Shown piece after piece: positions 8,970 to 18,183 of a stretch of 64,000 nucleotides of DNA. The notes beneath the pieces are model-generated. The model saw only the letters and a list, made by a program, of their open reading frames with translations, was not told the DNA's origin and did not search any database. Numbering within the stretch: position 1 is the first letter of the stretch; each line of letters begins with the position of its first letter. Source of the DNA: Nitrospirota bacterium (GTDB lineage Bacteria > Nitrospirota > JACRHL01); assembly GCA_016212085.1 (NCBI GenBank), contig JACRHL010000018.1, forward strand, positions 7,487 through 71,486. The letters are read 5' to 3'. A program made the translations under genes and the position numbers.

Positions 8970-10004
8970 GTGACCGGCCCCGCCATTCAATACCGGGTGC
9001 TGGATGCCATCGCCCCCGAGGCCGAGCTGGCGCTGGTGCGGGCCCTGCTCACGGGGGCCGAGGCGGGGCCGGACGGCCCGCCGCTGCTCACCGTCGCCCG
9101 CCTGGCCGGAGAGGGCATCGCCCTGGGCGCCCACCAGCGGGCCGCCACCGCCCTGGCCTCCCCCCACCCCGAACCCGTGTTGCGGCGCCTCAGCGGCGGC
9201 CGCGTCAGCCGCTATGGCGCGGGCCAGGTGAGCGTGTGCCTGATCGTGCCCGACATTCACGCCCTCACCGGCGCCTTCACCGTGGACCGGGTGATCAACC
9301 GCGCCGTGCGCGGGGTGCTCAAGGCGCTCAACGCCCTGGGCCTGAACGCCCTGTACGGCGGGCGCGACGTGGCCACGGTCACGCGGCGCCCGGTGGCGCT
9401 GCTGGGCATGGAGGGCAGGGTGGACGGCGTCAGCCTGTTCCAGGCGGTCATCGGCCTGGAGCGGGTGGCGGCGCCCGAGCCCGGCTGGGTGGCCGTGCCG
9501 CCTCCCGCCGGGATGGGCGGCGCGCCCTGGGCGGCCCTGTCCGAGTTGCGGCCGGGCCTGACCTTCGGCGCCCTGGCGGATGCGCTGCTGAAGGGGTATG
9601 CGGACGCCACCGGGCGTGATCTGGCGGCCGCGCCGGGCCCGGCGCCGGATGGGTTACCCGCCCCGGCCAGCGCGGACGGCGGCCACGCCTGGTCCGCCCC
9701 GCTGCCCGTGCCCATCGGCCTGCTGGAGGCGGGGGTGACCCTGGACGGCGGCGCGCTGGCCGACGTGGCGCTGCGCGGCGACTTCATCACCACGTCGGCG
9801 GCACTCGATGCCCTGGCGGCCGCCCTGCGCGGCCTGCCGCCGGAGCGGGACGCGGTGGGCCGGGCGGTGGACCGGGTGTTCGCCGCCGACGCGCCGCACG
9901 GGATCATGGGCCTGACCTCGCTGGCCGTCATCCGCGACGCGGTGCTGGACGCGGCCGGCCGTTACCGGAAAATGGAGGCGTGTGCACATGGCGGTGGGAT
10001 GTGA
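8970..10004 (+). CDS. BPL/LplA/LipB-fold protein (lipoate/octanoyl transferase-like), possibly non-catalytic
   Basis: GTG start 8 nt after the tldD stop. The motif RRLSGGRVSRYGAGQ resembles the LipB RGGxVTYHGPGQ and LplA RRSSGGGAV-HD loops. The expected catalytic Lys position reads R-P (RRPVALLG). The C-terminal half is Ala/Pro-rich low-complexity sequence. Confidence 0.4.
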   Translation: MTGPAIQYRVLDAIAPEAELALVRALLTGAEAGPDGPPLLTVARLAGEGIALGAHQRAATALASPHPEPVLRRLSGGRVSRYGAGQVSVCLIVPDIHALTGAFTVDRVINRAVRGVLKALNALGLNALYGGRDVATVTRRPVALLGMEGRVDGVSLFQAVIGLERVAAPEPGWVAVPPPAGMGGAPWAALSELRPGLTFGALADALLKGYADATGRDLAAAPGPAPDGLPAPASADGGHAWSAPLPVPIGLLEAGVTLDGGALADVALRGDFITTSAALDALAAALRGLPPERDAVGRAVDRVFAADAPHGIMGLTSLAVIRDAVLDAAGRYRKMEACAHGGGM

Positions 10005-10362
10005 CGGTTGCGGCACCCAGGGGGTGCCGCTGGCCAAGGTGAGTCTGGGCCGTGATTTCTTTGGCGGCGTCTACGACCGGCTGACCCCCGCCTTGGACAC
10101 GGCGCCGGCCTGGTACTGCCCGGCCTGTTCCCAGGTGAAGCGCATGCAGGTGGATTTCCGCCTGATCCGGAACGCCTGGCGCGACCAGCGCGGCGGCGCC
10201 CCGTCGCCCCTGGACGACCCCGCCGCCTGCCGGCACGCCCTCGACCGCCTGTGCGACATCGCGGCGCGGCTCGACAGGACGGGCCCGCGCGCGGACACGC
10301 TGCTCGGCGCCGGAGAGGTGGCCGCATTGGTGAAGGAGATGAACGGCATCGCCGGCTGCTGA
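9982..10362 (+). CDS. Hypothetical small protein with two CxxC pairs (zinc-ribbon-like)
   Basis: The ORF overlaps the 3' end of the preceding gene by 23 nt. It has CDGC and CPAC pairs and GC3-rich codon usage consistent with coding. There is no family assignment. Confidence 0.3.
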   Translation: MHMAVGCDGCGTQGVPLAKVSLGRDFFGGVYDRLTPALDTAPAWYCPACSQVKRMQVDFRLIRNAWRDQRGGAPSPLDDPAACRHALDRLCDIAARLDRTGPRADTLLGAGEVAALVKEMNGIAGC

Positions 10363-10400
10363 GCGCCCTTGCCGCCTCGTGTTCCGGCGCCGCCCTTGCC

Positions 10401-12161
10401 TCAGGAGCGGTTCACCAGCCGCAGGTGCTCGATGCTCACCCCGAGCTGGTTGAGGATCGACGTGATCAGGGCGCGCTCGGTGGTGGTGTAGCTGCGCGGC
10501 TGGCGCGACAGCAGGTGCAGCATGCCCACCATGCGGTCCTTGACCATGACCGGCATCACCGCCACGCCCTTGAAGGTCAGGTCCTTTTCCAGCAGGTTGA
10601 AGCGCGGGTTGACTGTGATGTCGTCGAGCTGGATGGCCAGGTTGCGGTCCTGGACGTAGGCCTCCAGCGTGTCCATCGCGCTGCGGCAGGCGCTTGCCTC
10701 GAGCGCCCCCTTGGGCGCCATGTACAGGGTGGGGGCGCCCTTTTCCTGGTACACGGTGAGGCCGATGGCGTTGACGTGCAGCGTCACCAGGATCTTGTTC
10801 AGCGCATCGCCGAAGCCCTCGCTGTTGTGCGCCGCCTCGTTGAGGCTGGACACGATGGTGTAGAGGGTGAACAGCTCGCGGTTCTTCACCTCCAGCTCGC
10901 GGGTGCGCTCGACGATCTTGGCCTCCAGGCCGGAGTACGAGGCGTTGAGCTTTTCGCTCATGTGGTTGAAGGCCTGGGCAAGCTCCTCGATCTCGTCGCC
11001 GGTCTGGATCTCGATCTTGTGGTCCAGATCGCCGGCGGAGACCCGCTCCACGCTGTCGCGCAGCATGTTGATGGGGCGGATCACCCGGCGTGCCGCCACG
11101 AAACCCAGCACAGCCACCACCAGGGAGCCGAGCAGCCCCGCCAGCGCCACCCACTTGAGCAGGCCGTAGATGGGGGCGAAGGCCGCCTTGGGGTCCTGGC
11201 TGGTGAGGATGTACCAGTGCTTGCCGCCGAAGTTGGTCGCGCCGGCCTTGAACGTGACCGGCACGGGCGCGAAGCCGTTGATGGCGACGCGGCCCGGATA
11301 GTGCACGTCCTCCTCGCTGCTCACCCAGCCCGGCACGTCGCGCAGGGCCAGCTCCTGAAGCCCCTTGCCCAGGGAGTGGCGCTTGATGGGCAGGATCGGG
11401 CAGAAGATGATCTCGCCGTCGGAGCTGACCAGCATGGTGTGATCGGTGTTGGCCACCCGCACATCGGTGACGAGCCTGAAGAACTGGGGGGCGTTGTACA
11501 GGGTGTAGAGCACGCCGGCCACTTCGCCGTGGCCCTTCAGCACCGGGTAGGCGATGGGGAAGATATAGGCGTTCTCCTCCTCGGAAAAGGTGATGTCGCC
11601 CAGGTACGGCTGGCCGCTCTGCATGACCGTGCGCCGCCACTCCTGGTCCGAGAAGTCGAAATGGCGCGGCTTCTTGGTGGCGGCCACCACGGCGCCGTGA
11701 CCGTCCACCACCAGGATCTGCAGGTGGGCCATGTGGTTCTGGTCGATCTGGCTGTCGAAGCTGCGCAGGTAGGCGGTGCCCTCGTTGGTGAGCAGGGCGT
11801 GCAGGTAGGCCCCCACCCCCTGGTCCTTGGCCCAGCGCGATTCGACGGCGGCGAGCTGACGGGCGATTTCCTGTTCGGTGCTGCCCTCGTAGGAGGCGTT
11901 CGACTCGCCCACGACGCGCACGATGTCCGACGACAGGGTGAGGGTGCGGGCCGTGTGCAGGTGGGCGTTGATCTCCTTCTCGACGTTGTCGGCGGTGACC
12001 ACGGCCAGTTCCTGGAAGGTGGCGCCGATGGTCTCTTCCATGGAGGCGCGACCGAAGAAGTAGACCATGGCCAGCCCCAACGCCACCGACGCCATGCCGA
12101 TCAGCACGATGACCGCGACAACGCGCTGCTGAAATCCGGTCTTGCGGATGATCCGGTTCAC
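10401..12161 (-). CDS. Membrane sensor protein: periplasmic Cache-like domain, HAMP, C-terminal GAF; no output domain
   Basis: GTG start with AGGA upstream. Two TM segments flank a periplasmic region of about 280 aa. A HAMP segment (PINMLRDSVERVSAGDLDHKIEIQTGDEIEELAQAFNHM) is followed by a coiled coil and a GAF-like C-terminus. No kinase, GGDEF or HD-GYP domain was recognised. Confidence 0.7.
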   Translation of the reverse strand: MNRIIRKTGFQQRVVAVIVLIGMASVALGLAMVYFFGRASMEETIGATFQELAVVTADNVEKEINAHLHTARTLTLSSDIVRVVGESNASYEGSTEQEIARQLAAVESRWAKDQGVGAYLHALLTNEGTAYLRSFDSQIDQNHMAHLQILVVDGHGAVVAATKKPRHFDFSDQEWRRTVMQSGQPYLGDITFSEEENAYIFPIAYPVLKGHGEVAGVLYTLYNAPQFFRLVTDVRVANTDHTMLVSSDGEIIFCPILPIKRHSLGKGLQELALRDVPGWVSSEEDVHYPGRVAINGFAPVPVTFKAGATNFGGKHWYILTSQDPKAAFAPIYGLLKWVALAGLLGSLVVAVLGFVAARRVIRPINMLRDSVERVSAGDLDHKIEIQTGDEIEELAQAFNHMSEKLNASYSGLEAKIVERTRELEVKNRELFTLYTIVSSLNEAAHNSEGFGDALNKILVTLHVNAIGLTVYQEKGAPTLYMAPKGALEASACRSAMDTLEAYVQDRNLAIQLDDITVNPRFNLLEKDLTFKGVAVMPVMVKDRMVGMLHLLSRQPRSYTTTERALITSILNQLGVSIEHLRLVNRS

Positions 12162-12200
12162 CGTCGGTATCCTAAAACTCCGTGTGGGGGCGCGCCGGCG

Positions 12201-13019
12201 TCAGCGGAGGGCGGCGGCGCCCTGCTGCATCATGCGCTCGGTGAACAGCGACTCCTTCAAGCCCTGGTTCACCTGGATGTCGGTCAGGTTCAGCGTGGTT
12301 TGCGATCCGGTCTGCATGTTGGCGATCACCACCTTCTGCCAGACCCATGCGTCCTTGATCATCTTCCACGAGATGGTCTGCTTCTTGAGCAGCTTGCCCT
12401 CCCGGTCGTAGTAGTCGATCTTGTCGATCAGGAAGTTGCTGGAGGAGATCCAGCGGATCACCTTGCTGTACGGGTAGGCCTTGTCGTCCACCTTCGGCGC
12501 CGACTCGACCACGTAGTAGTTTTCGGTGCCGATGGCCTCCTCGCGCAGCAGCGTGTGGCTGTCCAGGGATGGGTCGCGCGGGTCCATGTCGGAGGCGCGC
12601 AGGTCGGAGCCCTGGATGTTTTCCTCCATCTGGCCCGGCAGCTTGTTCACCTTGCGCAGGATGGGGATGTAGATCCACTGCTCGGAACCCAGCTTGCTGG
12701 CCTCGGTGTAGGTCCAGACCATGAACGCGGTGCCCCGGCTCTCCGGGGGGTATTCGTGGAACAGCAGCACCTTGGAGGTGAGGTCGCCATCCGGGTACAT
12801 CTTCCAGAAGCGCTTCAGCACCACCTTGCGGGTGTTGCCGTCGCCGTCCTTGATGAGCAGGGTCAGCTTGGACTGCTGATCCTGCCCGGGGTTGATCTCC
12901 TGCGACTGGGTGAACACCTCGGCGGCGGTCAGCGCGTGGGCGGCGGGCACCACCAGCATGGCACAGGCGGCGAACGTGAACAGGAACAGCAGGGCGGGGC
13001 CAAGGGTCCGGTTGAACAT
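12201..13019 (-). CDS. Secreted LolA-like (outer-membrane lipoprotein-sorting protein family) protein
   Basis: Start at the internal Met, giving a classical signal peptide (MFNRTLGPALLFLFTFAACAMLVVPAAHA/LT). The mature part resembles the LolA-like / DUF domain family (WIYIPILRKVNKLPG..., YYVVESAP). It is co-directional with and 40 nt upstream of the sensor gene. Confidence 0.55.
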   Translation of the reverse strand: MFNRTLGPALLFLFTFAACAMLVVPAAHALTAAEVFTQSQEINPGQDQQSKLTLLIKDGDGNTRKVVLKRFWKMYPDGDLTSKVLLFHEYPPESRGTAFMVWTYTEASKLGSEQWIYIPILRKVNKLPGQMEENIQGSDLRASDMDPRDPSLDSHTLLREEAIGTENYYVVESAPKVDDKAYPYSKVIRWISSSNFLIDKIDYYDREGKLLKKQTISWKMIKDAWVWQKVVIANMQTGSQTTLNLTDIQVNQGLKESLFTERMMQQGAAALR

Positions 13020-13378
13020 GCCGGTGGTCAGGCTTCGGGGGGCGTGCACGGTGGTTCGGTTCCCTTGCGTCGTGAGGGGGTCGGGTTGCATCGGCGGGCC
13101 GTGGCGGAGCGCGGCCACGCGGCGGCCCTTCCGATGGTCCGTTAAACTGGGAATCGTAGGGGTGGTGCGGCTTGCTGTCAAGCGCGCGGGGCGTTGCCGG
13201 CCCCTTGCGGAGACGCCGGGTTTCTGCTACATTTCCCGGTCTTTGCAAGCGCCCACCCGGCGGCCGGTGTCCACCGTCCGTCCGGGGGGATTAACGACAC
13301 ACGGTGGCGCCCGAGTGGGAACCGCCGGAGGAACAACCCGCATCATGCCGGCCCGCGGGTGCCAATGGAGATTTGACA

Positions 13379-14104
13379 ATGGCGAAGGTAGAGATCAAGG
13401 AGCTGCTCGAGGCGGGGGTCCATTTCGGCCACCAGGCGCGCCGCTGGAACCCCAAGATGGGCAAGTACATCCTGGCCAAGAAGAACGACATTCACCTCAT
13501 CGATCTGCGCAAGACGGTCAGCTGTTTCGACACCGCCGCCCAGGCCGTGGCGCTGGTGGGCCAGCGCCGGGGCCGCGTGCTGTTCGTCGGCACCAAGAAG
13601 CAGGCGCAGGATATCATCTCCGAGGAAGCCCGCCGCTGCGGCCAGTACTTCGTGAACCGCCGCTGGCTGGGTGGCCAGCTCACCAACTTCAAGACCATCA
13701 AGGGCCGCATCGCCAAGCTCAAGGAGCTGGAGGCCGCCAAGGCGGACGGCACCTACGAGCGCTTCTCCAAGAAGGAGGTCTCCATCATGGAGAAGGAGCG
13801 CGGGAAGCTCGAGGCGTCGCTGGGCGGCATCAAGGACATGGGCGTGTTGCCCGACCTGATGTTCGTGATCGACCCGAAGCGCGAGCGCATCGCCGTGGCC
13901 GAGGCCAACCAGCTTGGCATTCCGGTGATCGCCGTCACCGACAGCAACTGCGATCCGGATGTGATCAATCTCCCCATTCCGGGCAACGATGACGCCGTGC
14001 GCGCCATCCGCCTGCTCACCTCGCGCATCGCCGACGCGGTCCTCGAGGGCCAGGGCGCGGGCGCCCAGCCGGCCGCCGCGCTGGCGGCCGAGTCCGAGGG
14101 TTGA
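13379..14104 (+). CDS. rpsB: 30S ribosomal protein S2
   Basis: [27 protein letters not shown]... is the canonical S2 N-terminus. The ATG at 13379 is verified in frame. Confidence 0.95.
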   Translation: MAKVEIKELLEAGVHFGHQARRWNPKMGKYILAKKNDIHLIDLRKTVSCFDTAAQAVALVGQRRGRVLFVGTKKQAQDIISEEARRCGQYFVNRRWLGGQLTNFKTIKGRIAKLKELEAAKADGTYERFSKKEVSIMEKERGKLEASLGGIKDMGVLPDLMFVIDPKRERIAVAEANQLGIPVIAVTDSNCDPDVINLPIPGNDDAVRAIRLLTSRIADAVLEGQGAGAQPAAALAAESEG

Positions 14105-14106
14105 TC

Positions 14107-14147
14107 CAAGACGGGCGGGCGCCCGGCCGGGGCGCCCGCCCGTCTTG
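14107..14147 (+). terminator. GC-rich perfect hairpin between rpsB and tsf (attenuator / partial terminator)
   Basis: The arms caagacgggcgggcgccc / gggcgcccgcccgtcttg (18 nt) are exact reverse complements around a 5-nt loop. There is no clear U-tract (followed by ttcgag). Confidence 0.45.
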
Positions 14148-14206
14148 TTCGAGTCTCCGCAGCCCCGCGCGGGCATTTTTTTGGAACCAAGATTAAGAAG
14201 GCGATC

Positions 14207-14815
14207 ATGGCGACGATTACTGCAGGCATGGTGAAGGAACTGCGCGAGCGCACCGGCACGGGCATGATGGAGTGCAAGTCCGCCCTCGCCGAAACCAACG
14301 GCGACATGGAGCAGGCCATCGACCTGCTGCGCAAGAAGGGCATGGCCAAGGCCGCCAAGAAGGCGGGTCGCGAGACCAGCGAGGGGGGCATCGGCACCTA
14401 CGTGCACGCCGGCGGCAAGATCGGCGTGATGATCGAGGTGAGCTGCGAGACCGACTTCGTCGCCAAGACCGACGAGTTCCAGGCCCTGCTGCGCGACATC
14501 GCCATGCACATCGCCGGCGCCAACCCGGTGCCGCAGGTGGTGTCGCGCGGGGATCTGGGCGAGGACGTGATCGCCCGCGAGCGCGAGGTGTACGCCGTCC
14601 AGGCCGCCGAGTCCGGCAAGCCGGCCAACATCGTCGAGAAGATGGTGGAGGGGCGCATCAACAAGTTCGTGGCCGAGGTGTCGCTGCTGGAGCAGCCGTT
14701 CGTGAAGGACCCGGAGATCACCGTGGGCGAGCTGATGACCCGCCAGGTGGCGAAGCTGGGCGAGAACATGGCCATTCGCCGCTTCGTGCGTTACCAGCTC
14801 GGGGAAGGCGCTTAA
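14207..14815 (+). CDS. tsf: Elongation factor Ts (short form)
   Basis: ATG is preceded by AAGAAGG. The N-terminal UBA-like motif (MVKELRERTGTGMMECKSAL) is present. About 202 aa. Confidence 0.95.
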   Translation: MATITAGMVKELRERTGTGMMECKSALAETNGDMEQAIDLLRKKGMAKAAKKAGRETSEGGIGTYVHAGGKIGVMIEVSCETDFVAKTDEFQALLRDIAMHIAGANPVPQVVSRGDLGEDVIAREREVYAVQAAESGKPANIVEKMVEGRINKFVAEVSLLEQPFVKDPEITVGELMTRQVAKLGENMAIRRFVRYQLGEGA

Positions 14816-14821
14816 GGCCCC

Positions 14822-15535
14822 GTGTCGGAACTCCGCTTCAAGCGCGTGCTGCTCAAGCTGTCCGGCGAGATGCTCGCCGGCGGCCAGGGGTTTGGCATCC
14901 AGCCGGCCATGGTCGACGAGATCGCCGGCCAGATCGAGGCGGTGCACGACCTGGGGGTGGAGGTCGCGGTGGTGATCGGCGGGGGCAACATCTTCCGCGG
15001 CATCTCCGACGAGGCGTCGGGCATGGAGCGCGCCAGCGCCGACTACATGGGCATGCTGGCCACGGTGCTGAACGCCCTGGCCCTGCAGAACCGCCTGGAG
15101 CAGCGCGGCGTGTACACCCGCGTGCTGTCGGCCATCGAGATGATGGAGCTGGCCGAGCCCTACATCCGCCGCAAGGCCATCCGCCACCTGGAAAAGGGGC
15201 GCGTGGTCATCTTCGCGGCGGGCACCGGCAACCCCTACTTTTCCACCGACACCGCCGCGGCGCTGCGCGCCATGGAGGTTCACGCCGACATCATCCTGAA
15301 GGGGACCAAGGTGGACGGCATCTACGACAAGGATCCCGAGCACCACCCGGACGCCCTCAAGTTCGAGGATCTGTCCTATTTCCAGGTGCTGGAAAAGGGA
15401 TTGAAGGTGATGGATTCCACCGCCATCACCCTGTGCATGGACAACAAGCTGCCGATCATCGTCTTTTCCCTGCACGAGAAGGAGAACATCGTGCGTCTGC
15501 TGAAGGGCGAGAAGATCGGCACGCTGGTGCATTAG
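14822..15535 (+). CDS. pyrH: UMP kinase
   Basis: GTG start. The motif [12 protein letters not shown] and full collinearity with PyrH. Confidence 0.95.
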   Translation: MSELRFKRVLLKLSGEMLAGGQGFGIQPAMVDEIAGQIEAVHDLGVEVAVVIGGGNIFRGISDEASGMERASADYMGMLATVLNALALQNRLEQRGVYTRVLSAIEMMELAEPYIRRKAIRHLEKGRVVIFAAGTGNPYFSTDTAAALRAMEVHADIILKGTKVDGIYDKDPEHHPDALKFEDLSYFQVLEKGLKVMDSTAITLCMDNKLPIIVFSLHEKENIVRLLKGEKIGTLVH

Positions 15536-15548
15536 GACGAGAAGACCG

Positions 15549-16103
15549 ATGGACGCGATGCTGAACAAGACCCGCAAGCAGATGGACGCGGCGATCGAGC
15601 ACCTCAAGCGCGAGCTGGCGCGCATCCGCACCGGCCGCGCCTCCACCTCGCTGCTGGACGACCTCATGGTCGACTATTACGGCACCCCCACGCCGGTGGC
15701 CCAGGTGGCCACCCTGTCGGTGCCGGAGCCGCGCCTGATCACCATCAACCCGTGGGAGGGCAAGATGGTGGCGGCCATCGAGCGCGCCATCATGATCTCC
15801 GACCTGGGGCTCACCCCCTCCAACGACGGCAAGATGATCCGCCTGCCCATCCCGCCGCTCACCGAGGAACGCCGCAAGGAGTTCGTCAAGCAGGCCCACA
15901 AGGTGGGCGAGGAGGCCCGCGTCAGCATCCGCAACGCCCGCCGCGACGCGGTGGACGCCTTCAAGCGCATGCAGAAGGACGGCGACATCGCCGAGGACGA
16001 CAGCAAGCGCTCCCAGGAGCAGGTGCAGAAGCTCACCGACGACTACGGCCGGCACGTCGACGAGATCCTGAAGCGCAAGGATCATGAGATCATGGAAATC
16101 TAG
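15549..16103 (+). CDS. frr: Ribosome recycling factor
   Basis: Canonical RRF sequence (LLDDLMVDYYGTPTPVAQVA...). Confidence 0.95.
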   Translation: MDAMLNKTRKQMDAAIEHLKRELARIRTGRASTSLLDDLMVDYYGTPTPVAQVATLSVPEPRLITINPWEGKMVAAIERAIMISDLGLTPSNDGKMIRLPIPPLTEERRKEFVKQAHKVGEEARVSIRNARRDAVDAFKRMQKDGDIAEDDSKRSQEQVQKLTDDYGRHVDEILKRKDHEIMEI

Positions 16104-16181
16104 ACCGGGGGCCGGGCCCGCCGGTCCGGCCACGCCGCGCGACCCGCCCCCCGGGCGCCGAGGAGGCTCCACCCGAACCCC

Positions 16182-17309
16182 ATGCGCCCCACCTCCCTCG
16201 ACATCGACCTTGCCGCCCTGCGGCACAACTTCCGCCAGGCCAAGGCCCTGGCCGGCGGCCGCGAGCTGCTGTGCGTGGTGAAGGCCAACGCCTATGGCCA
16301 CGGCCTGGTGCCCGTCAGCCGCGCCCTCGCGGCGGAGGGGGGCGGGTGGCTGGGGGTGGCCACGGTGGCCGAGGGCATCACCCTGCGCGAGGCGGGGATC
16401 GGCCTGCCGGTGCTGCTGATGGGCGGGTTCTTGGGGGACGAGGCGGCGGACGTGGTGCGCCACCGGCTCACCCCGGCCCTGTTCACCCCGGAGTTGATCG
16501 CCCCCCTCTCCCAGGCGGCGCTGGCCGCCGGTATCACCCTGGGGGTGCACGTGAAGGTGGACACGGGCATGGGGCGCATCGGTTTTTCCGCCGGGGACGC
16601 CGCCAAGGCGATCCTGGACATCATGGCGGCGCCGGGCCTGAAGGTGGACGGGGTGTTCACCCACTTCGCCGAGGCGGACCTGGCGGATTCGCCCGCGGCG
16701 CTGGAGCAGCTCGACCTGCTCTTGGCCGTGTACCGCGCCCTGGGTGGCGCGGCCAGCGGCGTGCCCACCTGGCATGCGGCCAACAGCGCCGCGCTGATGC
16801 GCCGCCTGGGCCGGACCGACGGCCCGGCCCCCGGCCTGTTCCGGCCCGGCATCATGCTCTACGGGGAGGCGCCGGGCGATGGCCTTGGCGCCCCGGTGCC
16901 GCTCCGCCCCGTGGCCACCTGGCGCGCGCGGCTGATCCAGGTGAAGTCGGTGCCGGCGGGCACGGCGATCTCCTACGGCCGCACCTTCGTCACCACCCGG
17001 CCGAGCCGCATCGCCACCCTGCCGGTGGGCTATGCGGACGGCTTCCGGCGCGCCCTGTCCAACAACGGCAGCGTGCTCATCCGCGGCCACCACGCGCCGG
17101 TGGTGGGAAGGGTGTGCATGGACATGACGATGGTGGACGTGACCGACCTGCCGGACGACGTGGGGGTGGGGGAGGCCGCGGTGCTGATCGGCCGCCAGGG
17201 GGAGCGGACGATCACGGCGACCGATCTGGCGGGCGCCTGCGGCACCATCGCCTATGATATTCTGTGCGGAATTTCCGAGCGGGTGCCGCGCGTTTACGTT
17301 GGCGCCTGA
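16182..17309 (+). CDS. alr: Alanine racemase
   Basis: PLP-lysine motif VVKANAYGHG. Full-length alanine racemase, about 375 aa. Confidence 0.85.
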   Translation: MRPTSLDIDLAALRHNFRQAKALAGGRELLCVVKANAYGHGLVPVSRALAAEGGGWLGVATVAEGITLREAGIGLPVLLMGGFLGDEAADVVRHRLTPALFTPELIAPLSQAALAAGITLGVHVKVDTGMGRIGFSAGDAAKAILDIMAAPGLKVDGVFTHFAEADLADSPAALEQLDLLLAVYRALGGAASGVPTWHAANSAALMRRLGRTDGPAPGLFRPGIMLYGEAPGDGLGAPVPLRPVATWRARLIQVKSVPAGTAISYGRTFVTTRPSRIATLPVGYADGFRRALSNNGSVLIRGHHAPVVGRVCMDMTMVDVTDLPDDVGVGEAAVLIGRQGERTITATDLAGACGTIAYDILCGISERVPRVYVGA

Positions 17310-17369
17310 CGGATTCCCGTTCAGCCGCCAAGGTGCCATGACCCGAGCCTTCCCATCCCCCGGCGCGCC

Positions 17370-18173
17370 GTGAGCGACGCCTCGGCCCAGGGCAACCCGC
17401 TGCTCGCCGTGCCCGGCGCCGTGGGCAGGGTGGTGCTGGAGCTGCTCACGGAGGTGGGCTGCATCAGCCGCTACCTGTTCCAGTCCCTGCGCGAGGGGGT
17501 GCGGCCGCCGTACCGCCCGCGCGACATCTTCCGGCAGATGGAGGTGCTGGGCGTGAACTCCATGCCGGTGGTGCTCATCACCGCCGTGTTCACCGGCATG
17601 GTGCTGGCGTTGCAAAGCTACACGGGATTCAAGCGCTTCAATGCGGAGTCGCTGGTGGGCACCGTGGTCGCCCTGTCCATGACCCGCGAGCTGGGGCCGG
17701 TGCTCACCGGCCTCATCACCTCCGGACGCGCCGGCGCGTCCATCGCGGCGGAGCTGGGCACCATGCGCGTGACCGAGCAGATCGACGCCCTCACCACCAT
17801 GGGCGTGAGCGCCGTCAAGTACCTGATGGTGCCGCGCATCATCGCCGGCATCATCATGCTGCCGGTGCTGACCATCTTCGCCGACGTGGTGGGCATCGCC
17901 GGCGGCTACTTCGTGGGGGTGGAGATCCTGGATGCCAACCCCACCGTCTACATCAAGCGCACCTTCGACTACCTGGAGACGCAGGACATCATCAGCGGCC
18001 TGATCAAGGCGTCGGTGTTCGGCGGCCTGATCGCCCTCATCAGCAGCTACAAGGGGTTCACCGCCGACGGCGGCGCCGAGGGGGTGGGCCGCGCCACCAC
18101 CGGCGCGGTGGTGTTGTCGTCCATGGCGGTGCTGATCTCCAACTACTTCCTCACCTCGATCATCACCGGCTGA
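17370..18173 (+). CDS. mlaE: Phospholipid ABC transporter permease MlaE-like
   Basis: GTG start. Polytopic membrane protein with the MlaE signature (MRVTEQIDAL, GAEGVG). Confidence 0.85.
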   Translation: MSDASAQGNPLLAVPGAVGRVVLELLTEVGCISRYLFQSLREGVRPPYRPRDIFRQMEVLGVNSMPVVLITAVFTGMVLALQSYTGFKRFNAESLVGTVVALSMTRELGPVLTGLITSGRAGASIAAELGTMRVTEQIDALTTMGVSAVKYLMVPRIIAGIIMLPVLTIFADVVGIAGGYFVGVEILDANPTVYIKRTFDYLETQDIISGLIKASVFGGLIALISSYKGFTADGGAEGVGRATTGAVVLSSMAVLISNYFLTSIITG

Positions 18174-18183
18174 GCGGGGGACG

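Noticed and set aside
13194-13376. 60-aa ORF in the rpsB leader region
   Set aside because: It lies within the expected structured 5' leader of rpsB. No SD, and a compositionally biased product.
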